DNA of 64,000 nt from Felis catus. Taxonomy: Eukaryota. Numbering within the stretch: position 1 is the first letter of the stretch; the number at the start of each line of letters is the position of its first letter. The notes beneath the pieces were generated by a model. That model ran no database searches. It worked only from the letters and a program-made list of their open reading frames with translations, and was not told where the DNA came from. The stretch is from the NCBI RefSeq assembly GCF_018350175.1, contig NC_058368.1:157358001-157422000 (forward strand). The letters are read 5' to 3'. The position numbers were made by a program, and so were the translations under genes. Positions 50,828-61,586 of the stretch are shown here, piece by piece.

Positions 50828-51290
50828 TGTGGTAGACAGAATAATGCCCCCCTGCCTCCAAAATATCCACATTCTTATCCCTAGAACCTGAGAATGTTAC
50901 TTTCCACAGTAAAGGGATTTTGCAGGTATGATTAAGTTAAAGATCTTGAGATGGAAAGATTATCCTGAATGGGTCCCTTATAACCTCAAGTGCCCTTATG
51001 AGAGGGAGGCAGTACAGTAAGAGTTACAACAGGAGGCAAGGTAGAGAGGAAGGATTTGAAGATGAAGGGGTCACGTGCCAAGGAAGAAGGGTAGTCGCTA
51101 GAAGCTGAAAAAGTCAAGGAAATGGATTCTCCCCTGAGCCTTCAGAGGGCAACAGCCCTGCTGACAACTTCAGCCCTGTCAGACTGATTTTGGACTTCTG
51201 ACCTCCAGAACTATAAGAAAATAAATTTGTGTCACTTTAAGCCACTAAGTTTGTTCTCATTTGTTACAGCAGCAGTAGGAAACTAATATA
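50828..51290 (+). mobile_element. MaLR solo LTR (MLT1D-like)
   Basis: tgtggtagacagaataatgcccc...gattttggacttctgacctccagaact...ataaatttgtgt...tttgttacagcagcagtaggaaactaata. Confidence 0.8.
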
Positions 51291-51402
51291 CCCTTTTCCT
51301 TCATACAAAGGTGTCATGAATTACATCCTTTGTTCTCAAAACCATTTGGGGGGGGGGGGGGTTGAGTAGAGTCCAGTACCTTTAACTCAGTAGTTCATTA
51401 AA

Positions 51403-51588
51403 CCAGTTGTTCTCAAACTGTAGCAGTTACCAGAATTACCTGAAGGGCTTTTAAAAGCAAAATGCTAGGCCTCAGCCCCAAACTTCTGACTTTGCTGGTC
51501 TTGGTTGGGGCCTGAGAATTTCCATCTGAAACAAGTTCCTAGGTGATGCTGATACTGCTGGTCCATAGAACATGCTTTGAGAACCCAT
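51403..51588. mobile_element. MER5A-like MITE
   Basis: cagttgttctcaaactg...ggggcctgagaattt...aggtgatgctgatactgctggtcc...ctttgagaacc. Confidence 0.7.
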
Positions 51589-52550
51589 TAAACAATTCAT
51601 TTCTCTTGGATCTGAAGCACCTTTAGAGCCTATCCCCTCCCCTTCCTTTTTCAGTTTGAACATTGACCTCTAGACCCAAGTCCCTCCTCTGTCTCCTTGA
51701 TAGTTTTTCTAGCTCTTTCACCATTTCCTCATTTTCTGTTTTTGCTTCACAAGAGTTTGTCCAAAAGCCAACAGTTTCCCCCTAAGCCTCGGCCTATGGG
51801 GCAGCCAGGCAGAGCAGAGACTCCTAGGACTATTTCTGCCTAGTGCAGGCAGGAGAGTTTGAGGGTGGTGAGTCAGGGGAGGGAGGCTGGACTCAGACAC
51901 TCAGGGTCACCCACTAAGCCTCCTGCAGGCCTCATTTCACACGACTGTTGGCCTTCCAGTCTCCTCTTGAGCTTGAGGTTTCCCTGGGCTGATGCTGTGT
52001 GCTGGACCTTTGACTCTCTTGCCCAAGAGGTGACGCAGGGCTCTGACTTCTCAATGAATTAAAGTAAAATTAACTTTCAGAAAGCCTTAGACAGTCTGTA
52101 TGTGTACTCTTGAGAGAGTTTAAGTAGGAAATGTGAGTCCCTAGATCTATTTTGTTTACAATGACAGATTTTGCTAGTCTCACAGTATGCATTTTTTCCT
52201 GAAAATTACCTACCTTTTTGTTATCTTCTGATTTAAAAAAAAAATTCAGTTGTCCTGTAAGAATTGGAAACAGCATTAGAGCATAATCACAAATAATCTA
52301 CTTTAAACTGAAGGTCCTAGAAGGACAAAGTTTGGTTAAACCAGTTTTATGGGCCTCAGGAATTTTTACCACAGGTGGCAGGGAGTTACTGAGTAACCAC
52401 TGTCCCCTTCACGTGGGCTTACTTTGGACTTCATGCTTTTCCCTTCCTCCTCCTGATTGGAAGTCTTATTTTTACTTTTACTTTAATAAGTTTAAAGCTG
52501 GATAAAAATAACCAGTTTTCTCAGTTTCAGTTTTCATAAAATTTATAGCA

Positions 52551-52760
52551 TTTTTTAAAAATGTGTATTCATTTTGAGGGAGAGAGAGAGAGAGAGAACG
52601 AATGGTGGAGGGACAGAGAGAGAAAAAGAGAGAGAACCCCAAGCCGTTCTCAGAGATGTCAGTGCAGAGCCCCACGTGGGGCTGTATGCCACAAGTTAGA
52701 GATCATGACCTTAGCCAATATCGAGTCGGGCGTTTAACCAACTGAGCCACCCTGGTGCCC
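52551..52760 (-). mobile_element. CAN-SINE, antisense
   Basis: T-tail, (GA)n, ends actgagccaccctggtgccc. Confidence 0.88.
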
Positions 52761-52979
52761 GAGGAGCTATACAGCTTTGATGAACATTCTTTCACTGAAC
52801 TATACAAGTGAAGTGGATGAATTACATGGCCTATAATATATGCCTGAATAAAGTCATATAAATAAAAAACAAGAAAGGAAGGAAGAAAGATAGAAAGGCA
52901 GAAAAGAAGTTAAGTTGGGAATGGAGAGAGGGGAGGAAGAAGGAAGGAAGGAAAGAAAATAAAACATGAGTAGCTAGAA

Positions 52980-53189
52980 AAATGTTTTCCAACTGGTTCA
53001 GTAACCACTGTAAACCTGTGACATGAGTTCAGTGAAGAGCAGCAAAACTGGATAAAAACAGAAAAATTTTGTTTTTGGAGAAATGATTTCCATGCCCCTA
53101 GTGAAGTTATTAACCCTCCCTTCCATGTCATACCTGCAACACAGCCTTGTGACCAGGGGATTTTACATTCCATGAAGAAAAAGCATAAA

Positions 53190-53241
<52 letters not shown>

Positions 53242-53520
53242 GTAGTGGCATGCTTGCTGCAGTTAACAGAAATCTGAAAGATTTCAGCCTTAACGATGCC
53301 ATTTATACAGTTGCTAATGCCTAAGACTATGTTGATAAATCAGCTATCATAGGGTCTAACAACTCTTGGCACAGACTGAGTTAGTTACAATGATGCTTGA
53401 ATTGCTCTAGCAGATGAGGATTTTGATGGATTTTGTTTCACTATTGAGAACTTCAGGATTTATGCCTTTTATCCGTAAAGGCATAAATAGGTTAGAGGAC
53501 ACTAACATGGAAGATATCAT
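52980..53520 (+). mobile_element. Fossil pogo/Tigger-type DDE transposase fragment
   Basis: 53142 frame reads QPCDQGILHSMKKKHKH-(TG)n-FGSGMLAAVNRNLKDFSLNDAIYTVANA*; QPxDQG and DAI..A.AW are DDE_1 hallmarks. Confidence 0.7.
53194..53238 (+). repeat. (TG)n microsatellite
   Basis: About 22 TG units. Confidence 0.95.
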
Positions 53521-56500
53521 TGACGTGATGTACCAGTTGAGCATCCTTTATGTGCAATGCACAGAAAAGCACATGAGAATTGGCAAAATCAGGGGAGGGA
53601 AGTGAAAGGGTAATAAATCAGCATTCTCAATGCTTGTGACTTAAATTCTGAGAGGTGCTTCTTGAGGAAAGGACTGCTGGTTAAAAGCTTTGAGAAGTAA
53701 TGAGTACTTTATTATTACTTTAGAAATTCAAAATGTACATTGGTATATTAAAGGCTCTGACAAGTTCTGAGGTAAAACTGCCAGGCCTCAAGGGCTGGCA
53801 GAGTCTGTATGGGTGTCTGTATGGGTGTCTCTTGGAGAGATTTGATAGCCTGAGAGCCTTTCTTTCCATGTTATTGCCACTGCTCTGCTGCTAATGCCCA
53901 GGACAAATCAAACTTCCACATCTAACACATCACAGATGCTGATCTAGTACATCTGGATGGTCCAGGGTGTCAGACTGGGTTTAGAGTGTGGTTGAGCCCA
54001 CCTACTTAGGACCCTAAGTGACCTACCCCATATCCTCCAAGCTGGAGATGCCTTTCAGGGAGGCTGTTTCCCTACCATTTATCTTTGTTGTCCCCTTCCT
54101 ATAGCTTGGCAAAGGGAGAGAAGTTCTAAGTTTGTATGTAGGTAGGATTTGGTGAGGCTAAGAGCATATTTTTTTTAAATACACTTTATTTTTTAGAGCA
54201 GTTTTAGGTTCACAGTAAAATTGAGCAGAAGGTACAGAGATTTCCCATATACTCCTGCTTTCACACATAGACAACCTCCCCCGTTATCAATATCCCTCAC
54301 CAGAGTGGTGCATTTGTTACAGTTGATGAACCTACATTGATATGTTATAATCACACAAAGTCCATAGTTTATATTAGGGCTCACTCTTGGTATTGTACTT
54401 GCTGTGGGTTGGTACAAATATAATATGCATCCATTATTATTGTATCATACAGAATCGTTTCACTGCTCTAAAAGTCCTCTGCACTTTGCCTATTCATCCC
54501 TCTTTTGCAACCCCTGGCAACTACTGATATTTTTACTGCCTCATAGTTTTGCCTTTTCCAGAATGTCAAATATTTGGAATCCTATAGTATGTAGCCTTTT
54601 CATATTGGCTTCTTTTCCTTAGTATTATGCTTCTAAAGTTCCTCTGTCTTTTCATGACTTGATAGGTCATTTCTTTTTAGCAATGAGTAATATTCCATTG
54701 TCTATATATACCACAGTTTAGTTTCACTACCACCTACTGAAGGACATCTTGATTGCTTTCAAATTTTGGCAGTTATGAATAAAGCTGCCATAAACATTCA
54801 TGTGCAGGTTTTGTGTGGACATCAGTTTTCAACTTCTTTGGGTAAATACCAAGGAGTGCAATTACTGGATTATATGTTACAAGTATATTTAGTTTTGTCA
54901 GATGCCACCAAACTGTCTTCCAAAGTGACTAGGCCATTTTGCATTCCCACCAGCAATGAATGAGGGTTCTTGCTCCAGATCCTTACCTGCATTTGGTGGT
55001 ATTGGCTTTCTGGATTTGGGCCATTCTAATGGGTGTGTAGTTGTATCTAATTTTGATTTGTATTGTCCTGATCACAGATGATGTGAAGCATCATTTCATA
55101 TGCATATTTCCCATTTGTATATTTTCTTTGGTGAGGTATTTGTTAAGTTCTTTGGAACATTTAAAAATCAGATTGTTTTCTGAACATTGAGTTTTAAGAG
55201 TTCTTTATATATTTTGGGTAACAATCTTTTATCAGATACATTGTTTGCTAATATTTTCTCCCAATCTGTGGCTTGCTTTTTCATTCTTTTGACAGTGTCT
55301 TTCACAGAACAGAATTTTTATTTTTAATTAAGTCCTGCTTATCACTTTTTCCCCTATAGGTTGTGCCTTTGGTGTTGTATCTGAAGTCATCTCCTCCCAT
55401 CACAAAGATGAAAAAATAAAAAAATAAAAAGTCATACCCAAACCCAGGGTCATCTAGTTTTCTACCATGTTATCTTCTAGGAGTTTTGTAATTTTGTATT
55501 TTGCATCTAGGCCTGTGAGCCATTCTGAGTTAAGTTTTGTGAGGATTACAAAGTTTGTGTCGAGATTCTTTGTTTTGCATGTGCAAAACAAGGTCCAGTT
55601 GTCCCATAACCATCTGCTTAAAAGACAGTTTTTGTTCCATTTCATTGCCTTTGCTCCTTTGTCAAAAATCAGTTGTCTACATTTATGTGGGTCAATTTCT
55701 GGGCTGTCTGTTGTGTTCCATTAATCTATTTGTCTATTCGTTTAACAATACCATCTTGATTACTATTGCTTTGTAAGGAAGCCTTGAAGTCAAATGGTGT
55801 CAGTCCTCCAGCTTTGTTCTTCAATATTGTATTCAGTATTCTGAATCTTTTGCCTCTCTGCATAAACTTTTAGAATGAGTTTGTTGATATCCAAGAAGAA
55901 ATTTGCTGGGATTTTGACTGGATTGCATTGAATCCATATATGAAGTTGGGAAGAAATGACACCTTGACAATATTGAATCTTTCTATCCATGAACATAGAA
56001 TATCTCTCCATTTGTTTAGTTCTTCTTCTTTTTTTTTTAATCAGACTTTTATAGTTTTCCTCATGTAGATTTTTACATATTTTGTTACACATATACATAA
56101 GTATTTTTTGAGGGGTGCTAATATAAATGGTATTGTGTTTTTAATTTCAAATTCCTTTTGTTCATCACTGGTATATAGGAAAGTGATTGACTTTTGTATA
56201 TTAATCTTGTATCCTGCAAATTTGCTATAATTGCTTATTAATTTCAGGAGTTTTTGGGTCTCCCAATGTGTATACTTTCAATTTCTTTTCATGTCTTATT
56301 GAATTTCTAGGAAGATGTTGAAAAGGAGTAGTGAGAGGGGACATCCTTGTCTTGTACTTGATCTTAGTGGGAAAGTTTCAAGTTTGTCACCATTAAGTAT
56401 GATGTTAGCTGTGGGCTTTTTGTGCACATACTTTATCAAGTTGAGGAGGTTCCCCTGTATCCTTAGTTTACTGAGAGTTTTTATCATGAGTTGATGCTGG

Positions 56501-57630
56501 ATTTTGCCAGATGCTTTTTCGAATTTATTGATATGATCATGTGATTTCTCTTTTAGCCTGTAAATGTGATTGATTATGTTAATTGACTTTCAGATATTGA
56601 ATCAGCCTTGCATACCTGAGATAGATAAATCCACTTGGTCAAAGTATATAATTCTTTTTATGCACTGTTGGACTTGATTTGCCAATAATTTCTTAAGGAC
56701 TTTTGCATTTGTGTTCATGAATGATATTGACCTGTAGTTTTCTTATGATGTATTTGTTGTTATTAGGGTAATTCTGGCCTCCTAGAATGAGTTAGGAAGT
56801 ATATTCCCTCAGTTTTTATGCTCAAAGAGATTGTAGAAACTTGTTTGGTAGAATTCACCAGTGAGCCCATGTGGGCCTGATGCTTTCTGTTTTGAAGGTT
56901 ATTAATTATTGATTCAGTTTCTGAAACAGATATAGGCCTATTCAGATTGTCCATTTCTTCTTGTGTCAATTTTGGTAAATTGTGTCTTTTAAGGAATTGG
57001 CCCATTTCATCTAGATTATCAAAGGTGCAGGCATAGAGTTGCTCATAGCATTCATTTATGGGCTCTGTAGTAATGTACTGTCTTTCATTTCTGATATTAG
57101 TAATTTGTGTCCTCTCTTTTTCATGGGCAGATTGGCTAGAGGCTTACTGATTTTACAAATCTTTCACAGAACAGACTTTTGATTTTGTTGATTTTCTCTA
57201 TTGATTTTATTTTCAGTGTCATTGATTTCTGCTCTTATTTGTATTGTTCTTACCTTCTGCTTTATTTGGCTTTAATTTCCTCATCTTTTCTAGTTTCCTA
57301 AGATAGAAGCTTAGATGATGGGTTTTAGATCTTTGTCTCTTTATATATATATATATATGTGTATATATATATACACATATGTATATACGTGTATGTATAT
57401 ACATGTATATATATACATATATATTCAATGCTATAAATTTGCCTCTAAATACCATTTTTGCTGCATCCCACAAGTTTTGATGAATCATTTTTCTTTTTTA
57501 TTTTTATATATGTCAAAAATATTTTAAGTTTCTCTTGAGATTTCTCCTTTGAATGATGTGTTATTGGGAAGTGTGTTGTTTAATCCCCATGTATTTTGAA
57601 ATTATCTAGGTATCTTTATTTTATTGATTT

Positions 57631-57843
57631 CTTTTTTTTTTAATGTTTATTTATTTTGAGGGAAAGAGAGACAGAGTGTGAGCAGGAGAGGGGCAGAGAG
57701 AGAGGGAGACACAGAATCTGAAGCAGGCTCTAGCCCCTGAGCTGCCAGCACAGAGCCCGACTTGGGGCTCAAACTCATGAACCGTGAGATCATTATCAGA
57801 GCCAAAGTTGGACACTCAACTGACTAAACCACCCAGGTACCCC
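57631..57843 (-). mobile_element. CAN-SINE inserted in the L1
   Basis: TSD ttattgatttct. Confidence 0.9.
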
Positions 57844-58134
57844 TCTGTTATTGATTTCTAATTTAATTCCACTTTGGTATGAGAGCAGATATTTTATGAT
57901 TTCTATTCTTTTAAGTTTGTTAAAGTGTGTTTTATGGCTTATCTTCATGAATGCTTCACGTAAACTTGAGAATAATATGTATTCTGCTGTTTTGAATGTA
58001 GTCTATAGATGTTGATTATATCTAATTGCTTGAATGTGATTTGAGTTAAACTATGTCCTTACTGACTTTTTGCCAACTGGATCTATTTCTGATAGAGGGG
58101 TATTGAATTCTTAAATTATAATGGTAGATTTATT

Positions 58135-58337
58135 GGGGTGTCTGCATGGTTCAGTTGGTTAAGTGTCTGACTCTTGATTTCGGCTCAGGTCATGATCTTA
58201 TGGTTATGAGACTGAACCCCAAATTGGGTTCAGCACAGAGCGTGGAGCCTGCTTGAAATTCTGTCTCTCTCCCTCTCTCTCTGCTGCTCTCCCACTCGTG
58301 CTCTCCCTCTCTATCAAAATAAATACACTTAAAAAAA
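58135..58337 (+). mobile_element. CAN-SINE inserted in the L1
   Basis: TSD ataatggtag. Confidence 0.88.
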
Positions 58338-59668
58338 TAATGGTAGCTTTATCTAATTGTTGTTCTATCTATCTGTATGTTAAAGACTGTTGTGTCTTCT
58401 TGGAGAATTGACCCCTTATACTTATGTAATGCCCTTTTTTATCCTTGGTAACTTTCTTGTCTTTGAAGTCTGCTCTGCCTAAAATTAGTATAGCTTTTAT
58501 CTGTTTTCTTTTGATTAGTGTTAGCATGACATATCTTTCTCCATCCATTTAGTTTTAATGTATGTATCTTTACATTTTGAATATATGCCTTGTTTTTTGA
58601 TCCACTTTGACAATGTCTTTAAATCAGTGCATTTTGACCATCGACATTCAAAGTGATTACTGGTATACTTGGATTTGTTACTACTTTTTATTTTTTGCCC
58701 AGTTCTTTGTTACTATTTTTTTGTCTTCCATTCTTTTTCTGTTGTTTTTTTGTTTGTTTGTTGTAGTTTTAATTGAGCATTTTATAAGATTTAGTTTTTT
58801 CTCCTTTCATAGCGTATCAATTTTTTTTCTTACCTTTTCTAGTGGTTGTGTTAGAGTTTCAGTATGCATTTCACAACTAATCCAAATCCACTTTCAAAGA
58901 ACACTGTATTGCTTCACACATAAGTAACAAACAAATCCTCATTCTCCCTTCCCTCCCTTGTATCATTGCTGTCATTTGTTTCACTTACACATAAGCCTAC
59001 GTATGTCCATATACTATATACCTAAGCACGTGCAATCAAATACATTGTTGCTATTTTTATTTTGGATAAATTGCTATCTCTTGGTTCAGTTATGAATACT
59101 GGCAACAAATTCCTTCCATTTTTGTGTGTCTGAGGAAATCTTTATTTCTCTTTCACTTTTGAAAGGTAACTTTACAGGGCACAGAATTGTAACTTGGTGG
59201 GATTTTTCTCTCAACATTTTAAGTATTTCAGCCTACTGCTTGCATGGGTTATGAAAAGAAGTCAGATGTAATTTTTATGTTTGTTCTTCTATAGGTTAGA
59301 TATTTTTTTCCTCTGCCTTCTTACAGGGTTTTCTCTTTATCTTATATTTCTGTAGTTCGAAATTACATGCCTAGAGACAGTTTTTTGGCATTTACCTTGC
59401 TTGATGTTCTCTGAGCTTCCTGGATCTGTGGCTTGGTGTCTGATTTAATTTTGGGAAATTCTTAGTCCTTATTGTTTCCAGTATTTCTTTTGTTCCTTTT
59501 TCTTCTCTTTCTGGTGTTCCCATTTTGCATATATTTCATTTTTTATAATTGTCCCATAGTTTTTTGATATCCTGCTCTCTATTTTTTTCCCCCTGTCTTT
59601 TATTTCTTTGCTTTTCAGCTTGGGAAGTTCCCATTGAGATATTCTCAAACTCAGAGATTCTTTCCTCC

Positions 59669-60002
59669 ATCTTAGTTTGTTCGAACTGCTTAACAAATTA
59701 CCATAGACTGAGTATCTTATCAACAACAGTGAGATTTGTATCTCACATTTCTGGAGGCTGGAAAGGTCAAGATGCCAGGTGAGAACCTTGTTCCTTGGTC
59801 CTGGCTTCTCACTGTGTCCTTACATGGTGGAAGGGGTTAGTGAGCTCTGTGGGTTCTTTTATAAGAGCACTAATCCCACTCATGAGGACTCCACTCCCAT
59901 GACCTAATAACCTCCCCAAAGCCCCACCTTCTAACACCTTCACATTGGGTATAAGAATTCCTACATGTACATTTGGGGGATAGGGTCATTGAGACCATAG
60001 CA
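59669..60002 (-). mobile_element. MaLR solo LTR (MLT1A-like) inserted in the L1
   Basis: Reverse complement tgctatggtctcaatg...gaaggtggggctttggggaggttattaggtcatg...gggattagtgctcttataaaa. Confidence 0.75.
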
Positions 60003-61489
60003 AATGTCAGTCTACTAATGAGCCCATCAAAGGCATTCTTTATTTTTGTTACAGTGTTTTTTATCTCTAGCATTTCTTTTTGTTTCTTTCTTGGAATTTC
60101 CAACTCATTGTGTACATTGCCATTTGTTCTTGTGTGCTGTCTACTTTATCTACTAAAACCCTTAGCATATTAATCATAGTTGTTCCAAATTCCCAGCCTG
60201 ATAATCCCCACATCCCTGCCATATCTAAATCTGGTTCTGAGGCTTTCTCTCTCTCTCTTCCAGCTGTGCTTTTTGCCTTTTAATACACCTTATTATTTTT
60301 TCACGATGTCCTGGGTAAATGTTGTAAATAAGACTTCAATAATGTGGTTATATGATGTGTGGGGGGAGGGGAAGCCTTCCACAGTCCTTTTGGTAGGTGT
60401 CAGTTTTTAGTGAGCCTGTGCTTCTGGACTGTAAGGTTCACACGTCATCCCCCCTCCCCTAGCCGGGTACAATAGGACGGCTAGGATGGAGATGGGCATT
60501 TCCTTTTTCCTTTGTCGAAGACTACAGGGAGTACAGGTGGGTTTTCGCCTCCCCCAGGTCAGTTAGTTTCTGATAAAAGCCCAGCAGTTTAGGCCCAAAT
60601 TAAAGAGTTAACTCCCGAGAGAATAGACCTTGTTAAGAAAAACAGTGTTCATGTGACACTGACAGTGGCACGTGTCAAAGTTGTTTTTGTTTTTGTTTTT
60701 GTTTTTCTCCCCTCCCCCTGCTGGAAGCATGAGGGGACTTTTCTCCAATATTCACTGTGAGAATCTCTTTAGAAAAATAGGAAGCAGACCTCACAAAAAG
60801 TGGGGGCTCCCTGGAGTTTTTAACTCTTAGATTGTCCACACTGGGCCTCCAGCAAATCACCGATTATAGTTCAGGTCTCCCTGCACCGACACTAATCCTC
60901 ATGGAGCTCCCTGCTCTGGTCATTTGTGATTCTCTGTATCTGCCTGTCAGTCTCTCCAATGTGGAGGGCAGTGGTTTAACCTGTGACTTCATTTCTCTTA
61001 CGGATCTAAGAAACACCGTTAATGTTTCGGTTTATTCAGCTTTTCACTTGTTAAAGTGGAGTGTCAACTTCTAGGCTTCTTACATATTGAACTGGACGCT
61101 GGAAGTCCTCAAGTGCGTAAATTCTTAATGTTTATCAGATAAAATGCATAGACTTTGAAAATGAGTGCAACTCCTGCAGCCAGCCAGTTGTGCAGCCCAG
61201 CATTCCCCAGACTCATTTGACCATCAGACCCATTTTTTCATGTAACATTTATCAATGTGGCATGGAGCCAGTGTTCTGAAGAATCTATTCTGGGAAACCC
61301 TGAGCTAAGAGACAGCCATGCTGGAGAAGTATCAGATCATTTCTTGTGGTTGTGGCTCAGCACCCAGAGGCCTGCGAAGGCCCTTCAGTCATTCCTTTGG
61401 ACCAGGAAATACCTGTAGGTCTTCCTCACGGTGAAAGGCCTAGTGAAGGACAATGTGGTTCTAAGTATGTGCACATGTGTTCCTGGAAG

Positions 61490-61586
61490 CCTGCTGGACT
61501 CAAATCCTGGCTCTGCTGAGAGATCCTGGGTAATCTACTTAACCTCTCTGTGTGTTGCATCTTTAGAACAGAAATGATGGTGATAG
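61490..61586 (+). mobile_element. MIR core fragment
   Basis: tcaaatcctggctctgc...ctgggtaatctacttaacctctctgtg. Confidence 0.6.

Larger units (their letters stand above)
54170..61108 (-). mobile_element. Near full-length ancient L1 (L1MC-like), interrupted by two SINEs and an MLT1A LTR
   Basis: 3' end ttttagagcagttttaggttcacagtaaaattgagcagaaggtacagag; ORF2 relics ([45 protein letters not shown]); ORF1-like EMLEIKNTVTKIKNAFDGLISRL; 5' end near ggaagtc. Confidence 0.8.
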
